A stretch of 35,401 nucleotides of DNA from a virus (lineage: Duplodnaviria; Caudoviricetes): the IMG/VR virus record IMGVR_UViG_3300020381_000026, positions 1 to 35,401 of that record. One strand, written 5' to 3'. This document shows, piece by piece, positions 26,115 to 35,193 of the stretch. The position numbers and the translations under genes are program-made. The notes beneath the pieces are model-generated. The model saw only the letters and a list, made by a program, of their open reading frames with translations, was not told the origin of the DNA and did no database searches. How positions within the stretch are numbered: the first letter of the stretch is position 1; each line of letters starts with the position of its first letter.

Positions 26115-27217
26115 CTAGCAATGGCTCTGTCTGCCATTCTTCGCCAATTACTTCCATCAAAGAATACAACTGTTGACCCACCAGTTTCATCTGTGCAAAG
26201 TGCTAAGTCTCCTGCAACTGTGCTGGGCAATGTTGCTACTGTATAACTTGGTAGTTGAGGTAAGCCTGAATCTCTAAATATAAATCCATGGTCATTAGAT
26301 GTATTACCTGTGCTACCAATAGCACCAAAGTCGCTTGTTAATGTTGCTGAAGCAGTAATTACATCATAGTCTGTAAGTGAACCAAATGATAATGCTGTAA
26401 CTTTATCTACGTTAGTTGTTCCTGTGCTTGGTGCAGTATAAGATATAACACCTGTTGAACTATTATAACTTAAATCACCTGTAACACTAATTGATGCTCT
26501 GGCTCTTGGGTTGGTATAATATAAGTTACTTGATCCTTCTCCAACACTATCAGTATCCAATCCAGTTACAGTTGCTCCTGTAACAGTTAGTGTTCCACCA
26601 TTTGAAATAGTTGCACCATTAGTAAATGTTTTAACACCTGCCATAGTTTCAGCACCAGTCGTGTGCATTATGGTTGTAGCATTAGCAAGTTCTGTGCCTA
26701 TAAATGCTGATATTCTACCTGTTGTAGCAAACTCACTATCATTATCATTCCATGTTTCTGAAGTTGTTACATAGGCTGTTGCCGCCAAGTCTTCTACTTC
26801 AATTGCACCATCTAATGTTAATGTACCACTTGCATTAGGTAATCTGATTGTTCTATCAGCAGTTGGGTCTACTGTGGTTAGAGTAACTTCATGTGCATCA
26901 GCAGTAGCACCTTCTAACACTATTGCGTTTTGTACTTCTACTGTAGTTGAATTAACTGTGGTTTGAGTACCTTGGACAGTTAGGTTACCTGTAATAGTTA
27001 CATCACCAAAGTTCTCAGTGATAATTTTATTCCAAGTTACTGTATCACCTGGCTTAGATGCTATTTTAGTTTCGTTGTTTGAAACGTCAAACCAAAGGTC
27101 ACCGGTAGATACTTCCGATGCTGTAGGTGTTACTGTTGAGCCAAAGATTTTAGATCCACGTTTTCCAATTTGAAAAACAGAGTTCTGTGTTCCTTTGGCA
27201 TTCATAAAGACTGCCAT
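26111..27217 (-). CDS. Tail fibre / virion structural protein
   Basis: T/S/G/A-rich; GNLTVQGTQTTVNSTT, EGSSNLYYTNPRARA, C-terminal LPSYTVATLP..DGSNW. Confidence 0.75.
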   Translation of the reverse strand: MAVFMNAKGTQNSVFQIGKRGSKIFGSTVTPTASEVSTGDLWFDVSNNETKIASKPGDTVTWNKIITENFGDVTITGNLTVQGTQTTVNSTTVEVQNAIVLEGATADAHEVTLTTVDPTADRTIRLPNASGTLTLDGAIEVEDLAATAYVTTSETWNDNDSEFATTGRISAFIGTELANATTIMHTTGAETMAGVKTFTNGATISNGGTLTVTGATVTGLDTDSVGEGSSNLYYTNPRARASISVTGDLSYNSSTGVISYTAPSTGTTNVDKVTALSFGSLTDYDVITASATLTSDFGAIGSTGNTSNDHGFIFRDSGLPQLPSYTVATLPSTVAGDLALCTDETGGSTVVFFDGSNWRRMADRAIAS

Positions 27218-27233
27218 GTATTATATCCTCTAT

Positions 27234-27286
27234 CAGTTAATAAACTGTCTAGGATTACTCCTAGTTAAAGTTATAATACTATTTAT
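27234..27286 (-). promoter_or_regulatory. Late-like promoter plus two-hairpin 5' leader
   Basis: ATAAATA 27286-27280; CTAGGA-GTAA-TCCTAG (GNRA loop) and CAGTT-TATT-AACTG. Confidence 0.5.
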
Positions 27287-27998
27287 CTTCTTTTGATATT
27301 GTAACTCTGTTACAAAAGGTCTCTTTGCACTTAGAATAATCAGACACTTCATGGCTTTTAACAAAGGCACTAAACTTAAGATTAATACCTACTTTAAAAG
27401 TATCTCTGTCTGTATCTTGTCTGTAAAGGTCATAAAAGAACTTTACGATGTTTTGATTAGGTGTAAGAACTGCAACTAACATACTATTGCTTCTATTCAT
27501 GTACCTTGACATAACAATCTCACCTTCGAAATTGCCACGTTTTTTAAGTGTACCTTCATAATCTGAAACATCTCTTAGAGACCTTTCACGTTCTGACCAG
27601 TCATCATGCTTGATATTATTTCTAAACACACCTGGAAGAGAACCAACAATAGGAAGTCTATCGTCCTTACCATTCAACGAAATATCTTCTGCTTTAATAA
27701 GAGCAGTAATTTTCTTTTCAAAATCTGTAAGGTCACGTTGCATTGCTTTAAAAATTAATCCTTCAAAGTATTCTATAATCTCATCAGCCTTGCCAAAATG
27801 TTTCTGCTCAACTGTGATTTTAGAACTTTTAGGATCATGCAATAGACCTAACATCAATTTAAAATTGGATTCAATATCTTTTGTTTTGTCTACTTGATGA
27901 GACTTAATGTATTTGAATCCTTGAAATTCGTCAACTGCCACTGCGTGAGCAATTAAGTCACGTCCAGTGAACAGTTTGTTGGATTTAAGAAAAGCCAT
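27279..27998 (-). CDS. Hypothetical protein (possible C-terminal OB fold)
   Basis: 239 aa; beta-rich tail FSAFVKSH...ETFCNRV. Confidence 0.75.
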   Translation of the reverse strand: MAFLKSNKLFTGRDLIAHAVAVDEFQGFKYIKSHQVDKTKDIESNFKLMLGLLHDPKSSKITVEQKHFGKADEIIEYFEGLIFKAMQRDLTDFEKKITALIKAEDISLNGKDDRLPIVGSLPGVFRNNIKHDDWSERERSLRDVSDYEGTLKKRGNFEGEIVMSRYMNRSNSMLVAVLTPNQNIVKFFYDLYRQDTDRDTFKVGINLKFSAFVKSHEVSDYSKCKETFCNRVTISKEDK

Positions 27999-28258
27999 TA
28001 AGACTTCTTCTCAATCATTGCAAGTGGAACATTGTATCTACCTTGTGGTAAATCTACAATAGCCTTCTTAACATTAACCTTAACAACTTCTCCCAAAGTT
28101 CTTTTGGTTTTTTGGACCACATATACTTGGTCACCAACTGAGATTTCAGCCTTAGCATTTTGCGTTTTGACTGAATTAATCCAAGCATTAAGTTCATTTA
28201 ACTCTGAAAGAGCAAAATCTCCTGTTTGGATTGCTTTTTTGATTTCAAATAAGTTCAT
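27998..28258 (-). CDS. Small SH3/KOW-like protein, probably early
   Basis: ISVGDQVYV..GEVVKVN..AIV; GGTAGGAG RBS. Confidence 0.75.
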   Translation of the reverse strand: MNLFEIKKAIQTGDFALSELNELNAWINSVKTQNAKAEISVGDQVYVVQKTKRTLGEVVKVNVKKAIVDLPQGRYNVPLAMIEKKS

Positions 28259-28292
28259 AAATTCTCCTACCTTTTATTTAAACTATGTGCAT

Positions 28293-28347
28293 AGTATAGC
28301 AAATATAGGGGTACGAGTCAACCTTTTTTTCCAGTTTTTTTGGTAAT
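28293..28347 (-). promoter_or_regulatory. Sigma70-type early promoter with A-tract UP element
   Basis: TTGACT(28321-28316)-17-TATACT(28298-28293). Confidence 0.8.
28316..28347. repeat. 32-bp exact repeat, copy 2
   Basis: Identical to 963-994. Confidence 0.95.
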
Positions 28348-28348
28348 T

Positions 28349-28470
28349 TTAAGTGAATTCCGGACCTGCCTACTTGCACTAAACAGGTTATTTCAATACC
28401 GTTATCGTATTGACCGGCTATCATTCCATGCCCTCCCCGGGCAAATTGTGGAACAATTCTCCCTACTCAA
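28349..28470 (-). ncRNA. Candidate structured RNA, unknown family
   Basis: Nested helices forming two three-way junctions; non-WC positions are G-U only on the minus strand; GC-richer than flanks. Confidence 0.55.
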
Positions 28471-28502
28471 TTTTTTCAGTTACTTGTTCCAATATTGTAT
28501 TC

Positions 28503-29120
28503 TTATCGTGTGTATGTTGTTTCTTTAGGCTCATTGCTGATTATATGATTATACACATCTTCCCAATTCTTTGCTACAAATCCATCTACTTCTTGATTCA
28601 TGTTGTGTCCATGTTCTATTAGTATTCCTTTGAATCCAACATCAACACCTGCTTTTAAGTTTACTGGTTTGTCTTCTATCCAATAACAACCTTTGTATTT
28701 CTTAGCAAGTCTTTCTAATGCTTCATCTTTGTCTGCACCAGTATCTAAACATATTACCTTGCTAAATGCATACTTGCCCATTAACTTTGCTAAGTTTCTT
28801 TCTCTTAATGCATGAGCATAAGGATCTAAACTCAAACTAGTTAATGCTATAAATTTATATCTATGTTGTTCATGTAACTTTTTAATAAAAAATTGTGCAT
28901 CTCTCAAGGGAGGTAAAAATCCTATAGCCGCAGACTCATTAAAAGTCTTAACCATTTGATTACCTTGTTGATGTGTTAGTCCGTATCTATCTCCGATACT
29001 GTATTTGAATTGATAGCCTTCTACTTTTTCATGTCCATGATGTTCGGCCCAAACACTAAATCCTTCTTCCCAATCTAGTACAACACCATCTATATCCGTT
29101 ATAATATATTTTTGTTTCAT
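28503..29120 (-). CDS. HAD-family 5'(3')-deoxyribonucleotidase-like protein
   Basis: TDIDGVVLDW, ALTS, WIEDK..N. Confidence 0.85.
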   Translation of the reverse strand: MKQKYIITDIDGVVLDWEEGFSVWAEHHGHEKVEGYQFKYSIGDRYGLTHQQGNQMVKTFNESAAIGFLPPLRDAQFFIKKLHEQHRYKFIALTSLSLDPYAHALRERNLAKLMGKYAFSKVICLDTGADKDEALERLAKKYKGCYWIEDKPVNLKAGVDVGFKGILIEHGHNMNQEVDGFVAKNWEDVYNHIISNEPKETTYTR

Positions 29121-29126
29121 ACTTGA

Positions 29127-29155
29127 ATTATACCGGATTTTGTGGTAAATGTCAA
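29127..29155 (-). promoter_or_regulatory. Consensus sigma70 promoter, predicted leaderless
   Basis: TTGACA-17-TATAAT, 6 nt, ATG. Confidence 0.85.
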
Positions 29156-29814
29156 TCTTTTAAATTACGATTACTTTTGGCTATGTGTCTCAAAATGTTT
29201 CTTGATGCTATGCCAAATGTTTCTTGCTGGTCTTTTTCTTCTATGAAGTTGCAGTTTACTACTTGTTCTACAACATGGCTAGGTTTTTCGTCTATCAAAT
29301 CTATAAGCATCCATGCCGCCTTTTCTTCATCAATCATCATATCATACTTCAAGTCTTTATTTGATCCTCTAACTAGATTTGTATTCACAAAACCAAAAGA
29401 AATATTATGTATTCTAGTTTTGTTTTTATAAGGATAATTAAAACTACTGTTAATTGCGTGTTCTTGTAATGCTTTTTTATCAACTACATATTCAGGTGTA
29501 CCTAGTATATGTCCTAAGTGACCTGATATAGATCCTGTGTTTATGATTACTTTGGACTGGTCGGCCCATTTGGTATATAGATGTTTGACTATCTTAGTTT
29601 GGATTTTTGGATAATATGCATTATTAAATACAACATCTGGATCAAAGTCTATAAGAGTCTGGATTATTTTATCGCCATCATCTTCTGCAATGTTATGTCC
29701 ATTGCTTTTAGAATATCCTCTTATTTCCCAACTAGATTCTGTTAGACTTAATATTGTATCTATTTGTTTACCAATGCCACTTGAGTGTCCAGTGATTGCT
29801 ATCTTTTTAGTCAA
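29152..29814 (-). CDS. Short-chain dehydrogenase/reductase
   Basis: ITGHSSGIG, NNA, YVVDK, GFVNT; probable TTG start. Confidence 0.85.
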   Translation of the reverse strand: MTKKIAITGHSSGIGKQIDTILSLTESSWEIRGYSKSNGHNIAEDDGDKIIQTLIDFDPDVVFNNAYYPKIQTKIVKHLYTKWADQSKVIINTGSISGHLGHILGTPEYVVDKKALQEHAINSSFNYPYKNKTRIHNISFGFVNTNLVRGSNKDLKYDMMIDEEKAAWMLIDLIDEKPSHVVEQVVNCNFIEEKDQQETFGIASRNILRHIAKSNRNLKD

Positions 29815-30133
29815 AGTGTTTCCCCAGCATCTCGTTGACATTCTTGCCAACATCCTTTTCTACTTTCCTTACATCAACAATTATGTTTATTTGTGATACA
29901 TTTGAGAAAGCAGAAATCATCTTCTGCCAGGTTGCGTTTGGAGAGGTTGGTAAAGGGTCTGATAATTCAGCATGGTCTAATTTTGCATTTGTTCCGTCCC
30001 TAAACTCTATGATGATAGAATCAATCATAGTTACAGGTATCTCCGTTGGGAAAACTTGCTTCAATAAATTTTCAAACTTTTCATTTTTTGAATGCTTTGC
30101 AACCAATACAATCTTTATGTCATTCGCAGACAC
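29807..30133 (-). CDS. Hypothetical protein
   Basis: AGGAG RBS, GTG start; ATAAATA at 30186-30180. Confidence 0.72.
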   Translation of the reverse strand: MSANDIKIVLVAKHSKNEKFENLLKQVFPTEIPVTMIDSIIIEFRDGTNAKLDHAELSDPLPTSPNATWQKMISAFSNVSQINIIVDVRKVEKDVGKNVNEMLGKHFD

Positions 30134-30198
30134 TACTCTTCTCCTACATTGTAAGTTAAAAATATAACGTTACTTGTTATATTTATCTAGTTCTAATC

Positions 30199-30819
30199 TT
30201 AACTAGATTTTGGCGGTCTTCCAGGTCCTCTTTTGGGACTTAGTTCAGGTGCAATTCTATATGCCTCTGATTTTTTGGCTTCCGCGTCACTTACTAATGC
30301 CTTGGCATCCTGCTCTAACAGTTCTGCCTGTGCTAGAAGATTGTTTGCAATATCAACTGGCTCACCTGCTGAGTCTTCAACTACTTCAACAGTTGCTGAA
30401 GTGTCAACTGAAACTCCATCACCTTCTATGATTGCTTCTTCAGTTTTTAGTGGTGGGTTACTGCCTGTTTCTATTTTTCCTAACTCTGCATTTACTTCTG
30501 AAAGTTCAATCTCTTGATTAGGTACTGGTGTCAGTTTAACCATATCAACTGGAACCTTTTGAAGTTTTTGGTTTGCATGTAAAGTTTCTAGTAGGTTACT
30601 TCCATCAGTTGCTCTTCTTCTAAAGAATACTTCTGAAATGTTGTTTGACTCTTGACCTTCAGGACTATCAACGACACTCATTATGTCATCGTGTAATTGA
30701 CCTTCAAGTGAATCACTTACTACTATAAGTGCCTGGTCTGCCTCTTCTGGTAACTCTCTGAAAACAACCACACAAGGTTTGTCTCCATATTTACCAACGT
30801 GCTTCATTAAATCTGCCAT
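30199..30819 (-). CDS. Hypothetical phage protein with C-terminal AT-hook
   Basis: KHVG..VVVFRELP; ends KRGPGRPPK; AGGAG RBS. Confidence 0.75.
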   Translation of the reverse strand: MADLMKHVGKYGDKPCVVVFRELPEEADQALIVVSDSLEGQLHDDIMSVVDSPEGQESNNISEVFFRRRATDGSNLLETLHANQKLQKVPVDMVKLTPVPNQEIELSEVNAELGKIETGSNPPLKTEEAIIEGDGVSVDTSATVEVVEDSAGEPVDIANNLLAQAELLEQDAKALVSDAEAKKSEAYRIAPELSPKRGPGRPPKSS

Positions 30820-30820
30820 G

Positions 30821-31129
30821 TTATTTCTCCTCTGGAGCCTCTTCGACGCCATCATTTTCTACTGGTGCCTCTTCGGCTTCCGCGGCGGCTTTTGCCGCAT
30901 CTTGTTGTTCTTTCACACTTCCTAAGAATTGTGCAAGTTTGTCGTATAAAGAACCTACTACAGATAGTTCACCACCTTTAAATGCACCTCTTTGTGATGC
31001 CAGGTCAATTATCTGTGCAATTTGATCCAAGTCACGTAATGTGATTGACTCAACTGGACGTCCTTCATCTACTGCAGGAGCATCCTGTTGGATCTCTTCT
31101 GCATTTGAAACTGTTTCTTCATTAGCCAT
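30821..31129 (-). CDS. Acidic hypothetical protein
   Basis: IIDLASQRGAFKG.EL..VG.LY core; TATAAATA at 31176-31169. Confidence 0.75.
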   Translation of the reverse strand: MANEETVSNAEEIQQDAPAVDEGRPVESITLRDLDQIAQIIDLASQRGAFKGGELSVVGSLYDKLAQFLGSVKEQQDAAKAAAEAEEAPVENDGVEEAPEEK

Positions 31130-31215
31130 TATATAATTTCTCCGGTTTAATGTTTTGTTATATGCAATTATTTATAACATACTTTAATTAGAAAGGAAAT
31201 AAAATGGTGTGTTTT

Positions 31216-31950
31216 TTAGTCAAAAACTACGGTATCTTGAACAATACCTTGCTCATCCAAAATAACACCTGAAACAAATCCACCTTTACCAGCACCAGTA
31301 TCTGTAAAAAATACAGTACCACCTTGGTCATTAGTTGACTCAACAATCTCGTTGATGTTACTTTCAAAAGCAGGAGTTTCATGGAATGGACTTCTGTCGT
31401 GTCCAACAATTACAGTCTTACCATTAGGAATAGCATCTACCCAAGCATAAGTTCTAGCAGGATATTGTTGTCCTTTCCATTCTATAAATGGCTTAGATTT
31501 ATCTATCTCTCCATATAACCTTGCTCTGTTCTGAGCCTTCTCATCTACGTCATTAGTCCAATAAGATTTAGTAAATGCACCATGAGTCAAATGAGTATCA
31601 CCAATAACCAAATGCGTTTTCATTCTTTCATAAAAAGTCATAAAGTCTTCTTTGACAATTGGGTCACTTTCTAAAGCATCTATTGTAGAAGTCATACCAT
31701 GGGAAACAGTTACATTATTACCTTTAAGGTATCTGTAAATTTTGTTATCATGATTGCCTTCAATGAATGTTGCTTTACCAGTTTTGGCAAGTGTACTAGC
31801 AAGAGCAATAGTTGAAGTAGCATGTGGACCGTAGTCAACAACATCACCTACACTAATAATGTGCAAGTCATTTTGTTCAGCATATATTGAAGCATCCATA
31901 AAGAACTTGTATTCATTATGAATATCTCCTAATACTAAAAATTTTGCCAT
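31216..31950 (-). CDS. Calcineurin-like metallophosphoesterase
   Basis: GDIH, GDVVDYG, GNHD, HG, VGH, DTG. Confidence 0.9.
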   Translation of the reverse strand: MAKFLVLGDIHNEYKFFMDASIYAEQNDLHIISVGDVVDYGPHATSTIALASTLAKTGKATFIEGNHDNKIYRYLKGNNVTVSHGMTSTIDALESDPIVKEDFMTFYERMKTHLVIGDTHLTHGAFTKSYWTNDVDEKAQNRARLYGEIDKSKPFIEWKGQQYPARTYAWVDAIPNGKTVIVGHDRSPFHETPAFESNINEIVESTNDQGGTVFFTDTGAGKGGFVSGVILDEQGIVQDTVVFD

Positions 31951-31976
31951 TTCAAATACTCCTACAGTATCTATAT

Positions 31977-32004
31977 ATTATACAGGTTTTAGGGCAAATG
32001 TCAA
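31977..32004 (-). promoter_or_regulatory. Sigma70 promoter
   Basis: TTGACA-16-TATAAT. Confidence 0.75.
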
Positions 32005-32005
32005 C

Positions 32006-33064
32006 CTAATATTTCTCTAATTTACCCTCTCTAACCAGGTCACAACTCACACAATGTGGGCCTCCTGCAAGGGTTCTCATATGACGCATTTGGACTGGAA
32101 CTGGTGTAATTCCATGCTTTTCCATTGCACTCATTAAGTGCGTTTCTTCCTGTGGTACCATCACTGTATTTGGATCAATTGATAGCACATTCATGCCTAT
32201 CCAATGACTAGCAGGAGCATACTCCATAAGGGCCTTCTGACCCACACACATGTCGTCTGTGTACCATATAATATCCCACCCATCAAACACACTAGGTATC
32301 TTATCTTTGGGCACTCTATGAGCATTTAATACGACTAAACCGGGTCTTAAAGGCATAATTGTGCTGTCTACATGGGCCCAACTATACAAATCATACATTT
32401 CATGTACGGTAAATTCAGGGCCTAAAGTGTTTCTTAACCACTGAGCACCTTTGGCATTACCAGTATTTGATATCAAATACAGTATATCATAACCCATTCT
32501 GATGATATTTGCTGGGTCTAAAATAGGTTCTTCCTCAGTAATGCTTGGGTCTACACCAGGCTGTATTCTGTATAAACTGTCATTTAACATAGGTTTAGGC
32601 ATAGGTAACCACTTGGAACCTGCCATCATTTTGTCCTGAAATAACTTATTGAATAGGAATGTTTCGTGATATCTTGCCCTTAAACTCATAGCACCTTCTA
32701 TAATAGTGTCGCCTATTACAGTAATGCTATCACGTGGGCAATATGCTTCGTATTGGTCAGTAGTCCATCTACCATTAGAAACACTTGTAGTGAAGTCTAT
32801 GACGCTCGTATCGGGTCTATAAACAGTTATATTTGCTTGTTCTAGTATAGAACATATATTATTTAAGTCCTCTTCTGCTTGTTCATATACATGCAATGGA
32901 TACTCTCCTTTGGGCATAACATTATATTGTTCTGCTGTAAGGTTAGCATAGTTAGTTGCATGATGACTTAAATCATTTTGTGGAATGTTAGCACCAATGC
33001 TAGTGCCTATAATTATTTCTTTTAGGGGGTCCCATTCATTGCAGGACCAAACTTTCTGTGTCAT
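32006..33064 (-). CDS. Amidinotransferase (AGAT/StrB1 family)
   Basis: NEWDPLKE, CPRD, HVDST, GGPHC. Confidence 0.9.
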   Translation of the reverse strand: MTQKVWSCNEWDPLKEIIIGTSIGANIPQNDLSHHATNYANLTAEQYNVMPKGEYPLHVYEQAEEDLNNICSILEQANITVYRPDTSVIDFTTSVSNGRWTTDQYEAYCPRDSITVIGDTIIEGAMSLRARYHETFLFNKLFQDKMMAGSKWLPMPKPMLNDSLYRIQPGVDPSITEEEPILDPANIIRMGYDILYLISNTGNAKGAQWLRNTLGPEFTVHEMYDLYSWAHVDSTIMPLRPGLVVLNAHRVPKDKIPSVFDGWDIIWYTDDMCVGQKALMEYAPASHWIGMNVLSIDPNTVMVPQEETHLMSAMEKHGITPVPVQMRHMRTLAGGPHCVSCDLVREGKLEKY

Positions 33065-34239
33065 ATTATAATCTGTCTCTTAAAATCCTTTTCAATTATT
33101 CCATATAGTTGTGGGAAAGTATCTGCAAAACTTTGTCCTCTGTATTCATCCATGCGTTTCATCCAAATAAGAAATAGTTCATATCCATCTTCTGACATTG
33201 CTGGTAGTTGTAAATAGTTTCTAATATCATCACGTTCAACTATTTGTAATATTTGTTCTTTAACATGTGGTGCAAAGTTTCTAATGTTCATAAACTTTGG
33301 TCCTTCTGCAAAACCTATCCAAGGATACTGTCCAAATGTTTCATTCTGCCATTCCATTATCTCATCTATATTTAAAATATTTTGCATTGACATAGTCATA
33401 TTACCGAATATCTTTGTAGGTATTCCCAAATTCATATTATTTAAATCATCTACTACGTCTAGTAATACTTCCCATTTGCCTGGATATCTTAAATATTCAA
33501 ATCTACTTTCTATACCGTCAATACTCAAACTGATATCTATACCTTTGAAGTGTTTCCATAGTTCTTTTAATCTATCTGTTGGTTTGTTTGTAGCATTTGA
33601 ATTGTACATCAATGTTATATCTTTTGCTCTACCTTGGTCCACTAGGTACTGTAGGATATCAAATTGTGTTATGTTCAACAAAGGTTCCCCACCAAAAAAC
33701 TCTAGCCTTTCTATGTTTTCTGAAATAGGAATCCATTCTGCCATAGGTACATGCGTGGGTGGAAACTTGGATATAAATGGACCACCGTCTCCATACAAGT
33801 CTAAATACTCTCTACCTTCTGGATCAAACTGATTACTATCATGAGCACCACAACTTCTACATGCAAGATTACAAACATTACTGCTTCTGTAAACAATAAC
33901 CTTAGGTCCTTGTAAAAATTTTTCTGATTTTATAAAGTCTTCGTAAATGTCAGTATGCTTATATTGTTCTAACATCCTCTTTCTAAGACTAGGCTTTCCA
34001 ATTTCTTCTTCTGTAAAACATCTTTTACACTCAGATGCTTGTTCATTATTAAGATGTTTTTGTCTTAGGTTATTTAATTCTTTGGCGTCCCATTGTTCTG
34101 AAGCATTAAGATGAGCATGGGGCCAATCACCTGCACCAAAAGGACATGGTGAATTCCATCCTCTGACATCTGGTCGTGTCATTATGAATGGTGCTAGACA
34201 AAGGTTGTCTGGTTTTTCTTTAGGTATTTTTAAACTCAT
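33061..34239 (-). CDS. Radical SAM protein with N-terminal twitch/SPASM-like cysteines
   Basis: CNLACRSC, GGEPLL, SIDG; N-terminal CLAP, PC, CKRC. Confidence 0.88.
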   Translation of the reverse strand: MSLKIPKEKPDNLCLAPFIMTRPDVRGWNSPCPFGAGDWPHAHLNASEQWDAKELNNLRQKHLNNEQASECKRCFTEEEIGKPSLRKRMLEQYKHTDIYEDFIKSEKFLQGPKVIVYRSSNVCNLACRSCGAHDSNQFDPEGREYLDLYGDGGPFISKFPPTHVPMAEWIPISENIERLEFFGGEPLLNITQFDILQYLVDQGRAKDITLMYNSNATNKPTDRLKELWKHFKGIDISLSIDGIESRFEYLRYPGKWEVLLDVVDDLNNMNLGIPTKIFGNMTMSMQNILNIDEIMEWQNETFGQYPWIGFAEGPKFMNIRNFAPHVKEQILQIVERDDIRNYLQLPAMSEDGYELFLIWMKRMDEYRGQSFADTFPQLYGIIEKDFKRQIII

Positions 34240-34519
34240 CAGCAATATTTATCGTATGTATTGCTGGAGCATCTTCTATATGTGGTGAATCAAACTCTTG
34301 TAAAACTCTTGCTACGTCATCATTAGATTCAAAATACATGATCCATTGGTTACCCATATCTTTGACTACACAATATTGTCCTATGGCATTGTCATATAAC
34401 CAATCGCATACTGCAAAATCATTTGTAACAAACTTGTTACTCAACATAGTAGCAAATTTTTCTGTTCCTGCTAACGAACTAAATTCTGATTCAGTTAGTT
34501 TATTAAATCTTCTAATCAT
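34220..34519 (-). CDS. Hypothetical protein
   Basis: 99-aa coupled ORF. Confidence 0.7.
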   Translation of the reverse strand: MIRRFNKLTESEFSSLAGTEKFATMLSNKFVTNDFAVCDWLYDNAIGQYCVVKDMGNQWIMYFESNDDVARVLQEFDSPHIEDAPAIHTINIADEFKNT

Positions 34520-35193
34520 AATATTGTATTCTCCCAGTCAGACCATCTGACAAAATCTAATTTCTTATCTTCTTCTGTTACACCATACAACCAATGTGGC
34601 TTACCTAAGTTTTCTATCTGTAATCTTTGTGCAATAAAGGTAGCCCACTCCATAGGTCGAGTATTAGCCGCAGGACATATACCAAATGCATTTACTTTCT
34701 TTGCTCTTTGATTCCATATCAATTCATAATCCACTGCTCTAAATGTTTTGTATAACTGTAAGTTATTCCATTGTGGATTATGGTCTGCTGATATTTGACT
34801 TGTAATATAACATACTTGATGATTAGGTATGCTTGTAATTTTTTTATTGTTTATTAAGTAGTCTATTAAGAATGTTTTAAAGAACAATTGATTCCTATTA
34901 TCAATCCACCATTTGTTAAATATTTGAAATGAATCTGTTGAGTCATAATCTATCATAGGTTGTGGAAGTTCTTGTACCATACCTACATTGATATTGAATA
35001 TAACTCTTTGAGGACATTCTAAAAGGTCAATATTATCTGATATCCAGTCTTTAATATCTGCAGGATGATAAGATACTTGTTTGATGTCTAAGAAATTGTC
35101 TTCTTGTCTACCAAACTTTATTACATCTCCTTCTAGAGTAGATGCAATTTGTTGTGACCATTGTGAACTGGCACCAAATAACCATGTTGACAT
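34516..35193 (-). CDS. Degenerate SDR/Rossmann-like protein
   Basis: LFGASS, FGR, YITS, YxxxR in place of YxxxK. Confidence 0.5.
   Translation of the reverse strand: MSTWLFGASSQWSQQIASTLEGDVIKFGRQEDNFLDIKQVSYHPADIKDWISDNIDLLECPQRVIFNINVGMVQELPQPMIDYDSTDSFQIFNKWWIDNRNQLFFKTFLIDYLINNKKITSIPNHQVCYITSQISADHNPQWNNLQLYKTFRAVDYELIWNQRAKKVNAFGICPAANTRPMEWATFIAQRLQIENLGKPHWLYGVTEEDKKLDFVRWSDWENTIL

Noticed and set aside
28351-28420. Patchy likeness to the 16S rRNA 520-560 region (AGCCG, AATACG, GTGCAAG, TCCGGAATT)
   Set aside because: Short words with wrong spacing and a different pairing scheme; probably chance.
28343-28460. HDV/theta-like ribozyme on the plus strand (GCC-CTCCCCG-GGC resembles P3/L3)
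   Set aside because: No downstream P2 partner, P1 would be weak, and G-U polarity favours the minus strand.
28388-28534. Stop-codon readthrough or genetic-code reassignment
   Set aside because: TAG is followed 13 codons later by TGA-TAG; genes elsewhere are intact in code 11 and use all three stops.
32006-33064. Archaeosine (G+) synthase
   Set aside because: Wrong fold, and no QueC in the window to supply preQ0.
1658-33832. Many antisense ORFs in the track (e.g. 33284-33832, 19530-19889, 17857-18186)
   Set aside because: Shadows of well-supported opposite-strand genes, with no RBS or motifs.
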